Positions 51,893-64,000 of a stretch of DNA of 64,000 nucleotides are shown here, piece after piece. The notes under the pieces are model-generated. The model was not told where the DNA came from, did not search any database, and worked only from the letters and a program-made list of their open reading frames with translations. The stretch lies in assembly GCA_965235115.1 (NCBI GenBank), contig OZ249444.1, forward strand, positions 18,042,001-18,106,000, in the 5' to 3' direction. The stretch is from Laetmonice hystrix (taxonomy: Eukaryota). Position 1 is the first letter of the stretch; each line of letters opens with the position of its first letter. Position numbers and translations under genes: made by a program.

Positions 51893-54800
51893 TGTATATC
51901 ATCACATCTACACGTAATACCTGATACGTCATATGGCGTCAAGCCCAGAATGTCTGGAGGAATGTAAGAATGAGACTGCATACCTGTCTGCACGTCCTCC
52001 TAGGACAAGCATACCGTACACGCAGTACGATGTTCTAGCAGGGCGTGTTCTGAACACACTGTATGAATGTATTCATAATACAGACACATCAAACGTCTCG
52101 TCATTCCGACAGGTGCATGCGTTCATTTCCTGTCTTCTGATTATTCAATATACCTGTATTCATGGGCCGCGTGCAGTCGCATTCAGTCGCTATAGACTTC
52201 ACGACAACTAAATCAAATTGAGTATACTGATGAGTTATAGAGATGAACGTAAACAATGCTATTGGAAGAATACTTGTGGATGAATAGACTTGTAAATTAA
52301 CATCGACCGTCATGCACGCAGACACTATACATGATAACAATTGCCAGATTGGCAATGTCACCGAGTTTCCTTTGAGCTAAAGTGTAAGGTGTATATATAT
52401 CCGACCCGGGGAAAGGTGACCCCGTGCCCGCTGAGGTCAAATCGATCAGGTCAATGTACCTGAACGGCCCGAGTCTGCAGTCACTGTCACGTCTGACCAC
52501 AGTGGATCACAACAAGCAGCACGTAGAATGCCTAACGTGTTTAATTAACTCTATAGACATGCAACCAATACATCTTGCCAATACCTGGATCGGTGCCTAC
52601 ATAATATACTCTCCGGTTTGAAGGGAATTTTAAACGAGCCAGAACAACTATTGTAATATAGGACAAGGCGGCGGAATACACGGCTGAACGCCGCCAGGCC
52701 CGCCTCAAACTCGGCTAATATGTTGTCAAACGGCACCCTTTTTATACACGGACACGCCGCGCTTAGACAAATGCGCCGAATTTAACATTAAACAACTGAG
52801 ATAAAAAAAAGTCAATATATGCCAGGACGCATGCTGACTCTATCCACTTGGGGAGTGACTTTCTATAGACAATGCGTTTCCTTGTTTGCCTTATTTCTCA
52901 AGTATACATCAGTTATAGCGGAATTTTGGAAAATGTCAAATTTTCTTCTTTTTTTGAGCAAGTGCATGCGTCTCTCTGCCTTTATCGAACCTTGTCCGAC
53001 TTTCTGAACCACTACAAGTGTTTGATCTCAAATGTACGTTTGAGACTTTACTTCGAATCCAGACAAACAGTCTGCATTTATTACGCCATACAGCAATAGA
53101 CAGTGGCCATCTCTTAATTGTGTTCGTTCCAGCCTCAGCAGGTCCGCCGTTCTTAATGTCTGATGCTGCTTCGCCCCGCCGTTTCCTGTGTTCCTCTCGT
53201 TATACGCTATATACCGGAAGTAGATTATCGAAAAGCCTAGCGTCTGATGAGAAGCGCCAGGTCGACCGCCCGGTTGTCTCCGGAGCGGATGACAATCAGC
53301 AACGTGTATTCCGCGCTTTCCTTCAAATACACAACAAATCAGAGCGCCGCAAAAGAGATCGACTTCTACACAAGGAGATGGTCATATAGTTAACACAAGG
53401 TGATTGGCGCCTATTTGCAGGTCGTTGTTCAGCGTAGGTAAAGACGTGAGCTTGTTTTGTGCGGTAACGCGCATCACATTACATATTTACGAAGTGTCGA
53501 CCTTCATACGGTATTTGAGAAATGGGCGCTTGGCGGATGCACCGCGCATATTACGATCGCACGAGTCCTTGGCAAAGGCGACCGTCTCTCATGAATAATA
53601 TGCTCAGTCCGTGTCAAGTACAGCCGCGGCCACCATCGGGTTTCCATCATTTTAACGGCGGCTGATCGGCCGTATTTCGCAGACTGGTTCCATCGTGAAT
53701 CAAATCAACCAAGCAGGGGCAGGAAAGACAAGGGTGGAAAGGTCGGGAAATGAGTTGTGAACAGAAACGCTACCGGTCTATACAAACAAACACATGCCTA
53801 CATGATACATGCGTGGGTGGGTGAGTTGTGCGGATTTACGCCCTGTTGGTAACTGTTGGTCATCTTTAGGAACATAAACATAATTATGTACGAACACTCA
53901 TACACATGTACACCGTGACCGACGTACGCAAGTAAATTGCATCTGTCTGATTTTTAAGGTGGAATATAGGATTAAATCATCATTTTCTATACTACATATT
54001 TTCTGGGGTTTGAAGATATCTATAAGGCCTAAATATGACAAGTCAGCTCTATAATCAATGTTGACTTGAAGAATACCGACGGCGGAAGCGACTGGATACT
54101 GACCACGACTGGATACCCACGCCAGACGTATACATTGGTACGTGAGAAAACCAGCGTCCGTATTATAGCCACGTCTCTTGACTTGGCTCCAACTGTATCA
54201 TTGCGCCTCGACCCGGCGAAATAAATTATCGCTTGGTCTTGTACTCTACCAGTCGAGTTCCGCGTCACGTTGGCCCTCCATGATTGGACCGATTTCCAAG
54301 AGAATGAGGTCACTATCGAAGCGTGGGACCTCTAATGGAAACATCCCTAACCGCATATTAGATTTCTACAGTGGAATATTACAGTCACGTTTTCCTATTG
54401 TAAAATCGATTAGCGGGCTGCGACACGCCCCCGGGTCCATTACAGCGGCTACACCTTACCCCTACAGTATATATACTGCGAGATCACGAGAACGCTATCT
54501 CCATACTATAACTGTATCTCTCAGATACACGACTCTAGCAGCCATGAACACGTCCACATTAACGTTGTTCTTAACATCGGCTTACTGCGGCTATCGCTTC
54601 ATCGCCAAGAGTAAATACTCAGCGTAAGCTAAACACAGACCGTCTCATATATAACTGGGTCCGGCACGGCATGAAATACGGGTACATCAACGTCAGAGTG
54701 CTGCGTATAAATACGTGGTCGTCTCGTCTAACCCAGTCTCACGCATAAACTACACCCTGGTGTCGCATAACTCACTCTTCTATGTATGTAAAGTGCACTT

Positions 54801-57800
54801 GGCGGACATACATTATTGCTGGATATAAAATGCATTCCCTAGACGTGTTAGAACAAAGTGACGCACATTCAGGAGCCCCACCCCAACCCACATATATCTT
54901 CGCCTTTTCAAACTCAATGATGCGTGTAAAATTCACTCCGGTCTAAACCCAGGACGGATGCCATTTTGATTAATCTTTCAAGACCTGTAAAACCATGAAG
55001 ATGTTCCTTAAGCCCTCACTACTCCCAACATCCCACTAAAAACAAATCAGTAATTAAAAAAGAAAAGAAAAAATCCGACCATCACAAAGGTGTTTCATTT
55101 ACCAAATTTCTTTGTTCGATGTAACGTCATATGTACATTTATACTCATCTAGCAGGGTGTAACTGCTTGGGGTGACGCGTCTAACTATACCAGCGTCTCA
55201 AACTCCACGTCTCATGTAACCCCGGTGCCGTATAAAATATACTCTACAGTCTCATGTAACCCGTCACAGCTAAAATACCTGTCTCGTGGAACGGAGTATA
55301 CCGTATTTGTAATTCCTACTGCCTCCCAATTATCTAGGTCCGCATTGAGAACACACCCATGTCTCATGTCAGCCTTACGTATACAAAATGTACACTGAGT
55401 GCTGAATATAAAATACATCTCGGATTCGTGTAATTCTCTACCGCATAATATATAATACGTCTCATATTATAACCCGGTGCAGTATGAAAGCGAACACAAT
55501 GTCGGCATGAGCGACGGTTGATGAAATGGCTGAAACACTGACAATCAAGTACTATAGTCCATGCGGGCGGCCACGTTCGCGTCCATTATGAGTTTGCCCT
55601 CAGGTCGTCATTTACATATCAAACCAAGACGCGTCCATGCACGTAGAGTGCCGCCTTATACAGAACTTGATTATTACAGGCCCAGACATACAGGGGAAAA
55701 AGAAACTGTTAACGGAAAGCCTCATACATTGGCGATACTGATACAACACATTATAATGTCTGTATGCAATGCCGCCAATAAAGTGAAGACCGTACTGTTA
55801 TTCTGAGAAATTTCCATGCGATTCGCTTGCAATTCTTAATTAAGGGATGGGACCATCCGAGAATAGCTCATGACTCTTCATTAGCCCTCATTCGTTTTGA
55901 TTCCGATTAAAATACAATGGAATTTCTACGAATGCGGCAACAAGGAATTCCTGGAAATGGAACACTGAATATACACCGATAAAGACCATTTCATCCGAGG
56001 GTACCAATACTAGGTCTAATCGCATTTTCACCGTGAGACAATGCTATTATCGCCTATATACCATGGGTTATCACTGCGGGATTACTGGTCCTTGACCCAT
56101 TGAACTCAATGTAAATGTCGCTTAAACCGCGACAAAATGCGTACAATTCATGTGAGTTAATATAAACATGCAAGTACCAAAACGGAAAATCTTACATTTG
56201 GGCTAAACCCAATACGTTAACAAACCCACCCACACTTCTACGAGCTAGCCTGGCCTATATCAGTTATAGAGTTATGAGAATTAAGTGCAAAACGTCCTTT
56301 TTATAAACTACCAAACACATAACCCAATGGCGATTCAATACTACTGGCGACTGTCCACAGATCGAAGTGGATTTCGACGTTCTGGCTGCAGGGCACGAGT
56401 GACGGATACGGCCCTGACGACATCGTTTGTTAGTTCTTCAGATCAGCGTCTATTCTTTGAACGCGCGACGTTCTCCAGGCGTGCACAGCCAGCCAGAAAG
56501 GTCAACATCTGTCCATGCTTCAACCCAAGCGTGACACGCTTATTTCACTTTAATGTATTTAGAAAGTTGGCGCCGTAATGACTGCTGGCAAGCTCTCGAA
56601 ACTGGTCGACTAAATGCAAATGTGGTTTATTATGAACACATAATATAATGTGATCTACTATAAACGATCCCATTAAATACAGCATCACTGCAATTATTAC
56701 ATGAACGATCTTCTGCCAGGACTCTTCATTCGAGTGATTCAAATTTATGATCGGTCTTCTATCTGATGTGTATACGTGGGAGGTCAGACCTTTTTCCTAC
56801 CAAAATCCAAGAGCAGGCTTGAGCAGGCAAGCCTGACGTAAAACTTGGCATAGAGTCAGCGAAGCGTGGAGAATCTGGTTCAGATTACTGGCACATCCAT
56901 GTACTTCCTGTACCTAACAAACGACGGAATACGATTTGTTACCTCTGTCTTTATCTTCTGTTAGGGCCTTAAATTACAATGTACATTTATAATCTAATAG
57001 AGTGTCGCTCTCACAATGCAAACACGTTGAGGTTCTTGCTCGCCCCAAACACGCCGTTCAAATGGCTTATAATAGTTATAGGCGTTAACACTACCAACCC
57101 CACAAGTGCTCTGAAATACTTTTTTCACTTTTCTCCATAATCTCGGATTCATTGTTCTCTTTTTTTCAAAACTAGATTCCTGAACCGATACTGTACAAAA
57201 CTATCGGAATCTACTGACCACACCATGGCGGTGTGGTCATTAGATTACGATAGTTTGACAAAGCTATAATCCAATATCAGCTAAATATCTAAGTCCCTAA
57301 TCAAGGTATAAGTCAATCAGACCTTGAACCAGAAGCAACCCTCCGATCGTTAGCAACGTAGATCCCTGATCAATACTCACCCCTCCACACCAATCAGTGA
57401 GAATAGGGCTCTGTAAGCGGACTGCCCCCCCCCCCCCACCAATACTGTCTGAGGTCGGAGAGACAGACCTATATATTGAAACCTTGTTTATAACGAGTCC
57501 TCACTGGAGGGGAGACCCGCATACGGCCCTGATCGAGGGCCCGTATATAGTTGGGGATAACCGTCACCCTTCATGAACAGAGTAGCCTATAGCTGCTTTT
57601 TGTCACCTCAAATATGACCGACAGTCTTCTAAATCTTAAATACTTTGAATGAATACATGAACGAATGGATGAATAAATGAACGAAGGAATGAACAGATCG
57701 ACAAACTAAATATAAAAAATAGTTGTCACTATATCTCAACTCGAAGACAATTGATTCTGAAGCAATAGTTATATTTTAGTTGAGTCTTCATTCTATGCAC

Positions 57801-58656
57801 AACATTTGTCTGGACAGATGGTACTCCCAAACCCTATTGTCAGAGAAAGGATATTATTCTGTGGATACCGATGGATACAGACTTTATGTTTAAAGCCCGT
57901 ACACAGGCCGTTTCCTCATTCAGACATCATTGTTACAACCATCACTAAGATTGAAGGCACAACCTGCCTTCCTGCCACATCGCCATGTAAGCATATATCC
58001 CGTGAAGTTCACAGCCAAGGTTTACGTCACGTAGACGTTGTTATGACGACCGATTTGGTTTTATGACGCTGCCAGCACACCGGTAGACACGCGAGGCGCC
58101 TGGTATTTGTGGCTTGTTAATCGACGGGCTCAACGACTCTGGAGAAATGGTCGGCCACTCACACGCGGGCATATAGATACAACGACGACCGAGTCTTTCT
58201 CTCCCGTCCGCACCGTACGTCATGGTACAGGCATGCCGGTCCATGTACAGACCTCCGCTCTGACAACATCACATTCACACACATACTCGCCCGCGCACGC
58301 TCAAACACGACTTCTTATTTGACAGTCGAGATGAAGAAACGAGGAGCATGCAACCCAGTTTGGTCGGCAGATAGGTATGGCGCATGCATACGCAAGAAGC
58401 TTTTCACAAAGACACAGCAGGCGAATCTGACCTCGCCAGACGCGGTCGACGTTATACCATGAACACAGGACTATTGTTGATGCAGTTCTGTCGTGGCCGT
58501 GCGAGAATCAACCCGGGTCCCCAATGATTGGCCAGGTGAAACGAGACCTCTTATCATGCCATCCGCTAACAAAACATTACATCTATACAATAATCTATGG
58601 CGATATCTGTAGAAATATATAGTCCTTATAGAAAGAATCAAGGCCTATATATTAAA

Positions 58657-59055
58657 CAGGGTGTCCTGCAAAAAATGTCCAAGCCAAACTAGGCAATCTC
58701 AGAACCTATTTTCCTCCATCCTAATAGGGAATCATCTTACATGAAAATTAGTCTTTAATTCGTCAAAATCGGTCAAGCAAATCAAAAGTTATTAGGTGTT
58801 TGGTGGAGCGAAGTACATTTGTATTTGTCTCTTTTTACAGTGGCCATTTCTATAGCTGTCAGATAATGAGATCTGGCTAATGAACTAGGGTGTGACTTTG
58901 CTGCACTAAAAATGGCATAACTTTAATTCGCTTGACTGATTTTGATGAAATAAAGACTGTTTTTCATGAAGATTCCCTATCAGGATATGGGAGAACATAG
59001 GTTCTGAGGTTGCCTAGTTTGGCCTGGACCTTTTTTTTGGGGGGGGGACACCCTG
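58657..59055. mobile_element. Tc1/mariner-type MITE (399 bp) with long imperfect TIRs, sharing termini with 48218-48620
   Basis: CAGGGTGTCC...ccaagccaaactaggcaatctcagaacctat...atagggaatc pairs with gattccctat...ataggttctgaggttgcctagtttggcctgg...GGACACCCTG|TA. The left TA is mutated. Confidence 0.8.
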
Positions 59056-59224
59056 TATATATTGATTCATTCTACATGAAGGTGTTAGTATTACCCACAC
59101 AGATGCTCACAGATTGTGTACCCATATGGCGATGTGTAACTTTCACAACCTAGTACAAACTTAACGTAGGACATTGATCAGTCATACTTAGACAGTTTTA
59201 TAATGTTTTATAATGGCGGCTTAC

Positions 59225-61921
59225 CTTTGGACCTGGACGACGTCCGCGTCTTGACACACTTCCTGTATCAGCCCTTTCCGGTGTTGGAGCATGAGGTCGT
59301 CGCCCTCGGCCTCGTCCTCCTCCTCCTCCTGAGGTTCTGACCTCCCGGCGACCTCGCCCTCTACGACCTCCTAGACCACGTGGTCGGCATGGCCCCGTAA
59401 ACCTATCTCCATCTTGAGGTTCATACTCTACAACAGGACACTTTCCATCTTCTCTGTGTGAGTCACAGTCGTGTTTTTTCGTTCGCCGCATTACACCTTT
59501 CTTATTCATCTCATTTGCCGGCTTGGCCTTGATCGGATAGTACTTGTGCATTTCTTGTTGTTTTTTATGCATTGGCAGAGTTGGGCGACGCCCACCTGGC
59601 GCCACTGTTCCTTTGATAGGGCGTTCCTCGGACCTGACAGGACTTGTGCTATCAAAGTGCTCCTTAGGTTTGAATCGCTCTTTGAGGGGCAACTTGGGAA
59701 TTTTTAAAAGTTCCATGGACCGGTCACTGGCTTTCGGGGTCAAATCATTGGAATGTTGGAATCCAACCACGCCGTCGGAAACTTTCGAACTATCAAGTCC
59801 TCTGTTTAATTTTGAGAAATCCAAGATACTTCCATTAGACATGGCCTTTTGTTGGCCAAACTGGGCATCAGTTTCAGTTTTCAAGCAATTGTTGTCTAGT
59901 CTTCCCTCAGGCTGAGATCTGTCTTCTGTTAGCAGCCGTTTAAATGTATGTCCCATGGCTTCCGAAACCAATGTGGAAATGTTATTTCCTGTTGTTTCGC
60001 TGACGGTATATTTCACACATGCGGAGGAGGGCGAACTGGCATTACTTCCTGTACTTCCGTTGTTTATGCGGGTTTGATAAAGCATAAGTTTCTTCGGGTG
60101 GAGCACGGAGGGAGACTTAGGTTGCACTATCATTGGATTTACGTTAGCAACCGGGATGGGTTTCTTTAGTGAGGATTGGTTGCTAACATCGTCTTTATTC
60201 CGTGACAAAATGTCCTCTGGTTTCATTGTCGGCACGTGTCCTGTGTCCTTGCCAGCACTCAGCTGACCGCCCGACCAAGCATTGGACTGTACGGTGCGGG
60301 CCTGGTAGGACCTGTTGCCAGGGGAACATAATCGAGGAACTGGTATTCCGGGACCTCCGGATATGGCGGTTGGGGCAATCAGCTCCAAACTGCGGTTACC
60401 AGGCGGCAGGCTCTGCTGAACATTACTCATTACACCATGGCTATTGACAAACTGCTGGGGACACGAAGGGTGGGCGTTATGGGGGGACAAATCGGCTGCT
60501 TGGTTCGGCTGGTACGGAGATACCTTTACCGCTTGAGCAGCCGTGTGACTAGGTCCGACATTACCTTGTAAACGTCTGTCCCAGGAAGAAACATGATGCA
60601 TGGCTGTTAACGGCCTATAGGTACTGGTCGGTATACGTTCTGAGGGCCGAGACAAGCCTTGTGATGCTGCATTGAACATGTACACCGCCGAGGAAGCCGG
60701 AGATACTGGCTGACGTACCCCAATCGGTGACGCCCTGGCCGGGGAGGCGGCCTTGGGGGCCGAACTATACGGTGGAGGGTGGCGGGACCCTGGACTGGGC
60801 GGAGGGCGAACTGCTTGATTAGCGATGGGAGTCTGAGGAGACCCGTGTCGTATCATTCCATACTGGGCATGAGGAGTTTGTGCAGACTGCCCCGGAGTTG
60901 ACGGACGTGACGGCAACGTCCTCATTCCTTGTATACTAGAAATATTATTATTACTACATGTTTCGGCCGGCGCACTATGGACCGATTTTTTGGCGACAGA
61001 CTCCCATCCATGATTAACGTGACTGGCTCGAACCGATTGAGAATTGGGCATAACAGATCGCAGGTTTGTCCCTAGCCCTCCTGGTGCCGCTGGTACCCCA
61101 GGCACACCTGAACCGTACGATGTCACTCCAGACACGGACGAGGGCATTGCCATACGTGGCCCGGGACTTTCGTGGTGAAGGTAGTTTATTCCCGCAGGAT
61201 GGTTGGAGATCGTCCTATGGCCTGCTCCAGGTCGTGTGACAGGCCCTCTTGGCATGGATTGAAAGTCTCTGCCTTGAGGCCCTGGGGAGCTCTGGCAGCT
61301 GGTCGCCGATACGGGCAGCCTGTACGTAGTCATACTTGGCGTCGTTGCCATGGTAACAGAACTGTGCGCTACCTGGTGGTCAGCAGGCGGACCGGAAATG
61401 ACAGGACTACGTCCTATTACGTAAGGTGAATAATGTGACGCGACACTTCCTGTTGACGTCACAGACGTGTTTGACGTGACGTTGTTGGGAGCGGTCCATC
61501 TCCAGGGGGTCATAGGTTGTTGAACGTGTGTAGTGTGACCGCTGGGACTACGATGTACAACTCGCGTCTCGGACACTGGGTCGGGACCATCACTGATGTA
61601 TATAGGTTGGTGTAAATCCCCACCCACCACGTTCATGGAGGCCGCCTGGGCCCCAGAGCTTGTGGAAGACTGTGGAATTCCACGGTGAAGGCTGCGGTTC
61701 GGCGTCATGCCTGGTGATAGGGCACCATATGGCGACATTTGGACCATACCATGACTGACATGACCCATGGCTGGACTCTGGGTATCTCCTACCTTAATTG
61801 ACCCGTTTATACTGGTCATACCGTTAACATTCCTCCCGCCATGACTTTGTTGTATATGATGCCGATATGCAGGAATATGAGAATGTGGATGAGAATGGAG
61901 TGGGTAGGGAAGGTGTTGTGG

Positions 61922-61975
<54 letters not shown>

Positions 61976-62554
61976 ATGTGAGAAGTGACGATGGAGGGAG
62001 GGCGCGGGTGATGGGTCCACGATTTTGTACAGTTTGGGCAACCTCTGCTCCCCTACAACTATGACGTCATCATCAAAGTCTCGTTTTCGGGGTCCGGATT
62101 TCACGGACAGATCGAGGGGGGCGTCCTCATCCGACCCTTTGATGTCTGAAGGCCGGGGTGTGGATAGGTCCAGCGGGATGGCGGCATCCCGGGCCGTGTA
62201 CTCAGTCTGCTCCCGTGTCGGTCCAATGGGAGAGCTGCCCACCCTCTGGTTGCTTAGAGCCATGCCAGTACCTACCCCCGGCATGGCGGCGTACGAGGCC
62301 AGCGTCTCGGGCGTCTTGAAGGCGTAATGAGAATAACCGGGCGACTGATGCAGTCCTGCACCAACAGGGGGCGCTATGGACCGGGCGCGCAAGGCATCTC
62401 GGGGTAACATACCGCTTCCGGTTCCTGGTATATGGGAAGCCATGGTCCACTGGGGCGGAAACCCACGCTCGGGTGGAGCTTCCGGAGCTGATTCCGACAA
62501 CTGGGGCGGGATATACAGCTTTCCACCACTACATAGAGATGTCGACGCAAACAT
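59225..62554 (-). CDS. BCOR: BCOR/BCORL1-like corepressor, giant N-terminal exon (3330 nt, phase 0-0): low-complexity S/P/H/Q-rich region with two PLDLS motifs, polyQ and an RG-rich end
   Basis: 1125-aa ORF 59198..62575. Acceptor ctttttgtattttcag|ATGTTT at 62554 and donor CCAAAG|gtaagc at 59225. Contains AIPLDLST and APLDLSVK. Phase-compatible with downstream exons that encode BCOR-type ANK and PUFD. Whether this ATG is the true start is unknown. Confidence 0.88.
61925..61975 (-). repeat. Coding (CAG)17 tract encoding polyglutamine
   Basis: 17 uninterrupted ctg on the + strand between two His codons, in frame in the giant exon. Confidence 0.97.
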
Positions 62555-62949
62555 CTGAAAATACAAAAAGCACAAACACTTGAGATCATGAGTTCTAGGT
62601 CACACAACTCTTAGTGCGATCCATTTATTTGTATATTTCCCTTGAGCTATCTATACGTGGCGTTTGCCCCTCTAAAAACGTTTCCCTCATATCCTTAAAA
62701 AGTTTTCTTAAGATTTTCCGTGGGGGTCGGGTGCGAGTCGCTCACAAGGAAATTAAAAACTTTCAGTAAAGCCAGAGGCATCGTTCCTTTGTGTTCCGAT
62801 AAAAAAAACATATCCATAAGCACATAACATGACTCAGATTTCTTTTTTACGGAACCCATGACAGCATAACAGATACTGGTTGTTAATCAGTCTCCCCTAC
62901 AAACTCCCATCATACGGTAACGTTATGTACGGTAACGTTGACTCGCTCA

Positions 62950-62977
62950 ATGTGTGAGTGTGTGTGTGTGTGTGTGG
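62950..62977. repeat. (TG)n microsatellite
   Basis: atgtgtgagtgtgtgtgtgtgtgtgtgg. Confidence 0.85.
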
Positions 62978-64000
62978 GTGAGTGTGCCCAGTGGGTTGAC
63001 CACGCTGGGCCTGCCCGCCCCATGAGTACCCGGACTGGAATGTCGGCATGTTCTTTACGGGTGTGCGTGAGGAAACTGTGCGCTGTTCGTGACCGATCAA
63101 CGTTTATCCTCCTCCTCCACTTTCTACTCCTATACTACGGCGAAATGACGACCGAGAGAAAACGTACTCTAACCGCATTGTATTAACAATCCCTGGCCGG
63201 GTCGACACAGAACGGGCTCTGAGATTATGGTAAGGCCGTCGTTGTGGTCACGGACTTGTGGTCACGGACTGAAAAACTACAATGACTTTTTCTATGACTA
63301 TGCATGGAAGATAATAACGTGTAGGATTCATGGAAACGGCTTAAAAATGGGTCCAGCTTTGGTTTATAAACTATAGCGTCACACGCGTGTTTTGAATATA
63401 CGTGATTTTATACGTAGTGTATATTATGTATCAATTATACGTACAAAATTTGATGATAAAACTACAAATGTTGATAAATACGATGCATGCCCTTATATAA
63501 TTTATACGTCTACAGAAATACGTCATGGCCTGATTATTAAAAATGTTTTAAAAGATTAAATCATCCTCGTATATCTGTAGTGTCTTTCGAATCGATTAAT
63601 TTCCAACACCGAGAGAACATCCTGCCAGTATCATACAAACTTGTATAACAATAGATCTAAGGTTTAGAATACGTAACGCGCACTAGGATATACTATTGCT
63701 CAATATACATGGCCACATATAGCAATAGATTCGTATGTCCCAGCATGCATGGCCATACAATGGTTTCCGGCCATTGTTGTATATGATGATTACAAAACGT
63801 TGTGTCATCCCGGCCTGCCAGAAGACCAGTGCGAAGTTAGCGTGAAGTAAACCAGTTATTGGGTCGTTCCATTTCAAACGAGGCCCCCAAAGCAGGATTA
63901 GCCGAATTCCCAGCGGCCAAGCGGACCTTGGTACCCGAGTGTGGTTGAGCTGGGATACAAACGTCCGGATATCCTCATACGTATAAGACCGTCGACCGTC

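Noticed and set aside
54480-55480. Recurring gtctca...taacc(c)gg...taaaatac motifs as an old minisatellite
   Set aside because: Spacing is too irregular to define a period by eye.
59471-62558. Plus-strand ORFs overlapping the giant exon, including the polyalanine ORF 61867-62064
   Set aside because: Antisense shadows of a stop-poor coding exon and its CAG tract.

Overview
Eukaryotic genomic DNA, probably from an invertebrate bilaterian (inferred from CpG-rich introns, GT-AG splicing, MITEs and a tRNA-derived SINE), with one assembly gap at 22006-22328. Almost the whole window is one large minus-strand gene, a BCOR/BCORL1 (BCL6 corepressor family) homologue. I reconstructed 9 phase-compatible coding exons by hand (62554 down to 5916; 4808 nt, about 1600 codons). 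They encode a giant low-complexity exon with two PLDLS motifs and a CAG17 polyQ, two small exons, a basic exon, ankyrin repeats and the first part of the PUFD domain. The last PUFD exon was not found and is probably off the left edge. The introns hold about a dozen minisatellites and several MITE/foldback elements. There is no prokaryotic-type system, CRISPR array or RNA gene, and I found nothing I can call a proven new system. The most unusual signals are (i) a MITE next to a tandem array built from its own two flanks joined by a palindromic footprint, and (ii) an array of 11 consensus 3' splice sites, each followed by an in-frame stop, just upstream of the first ankyrin exon.
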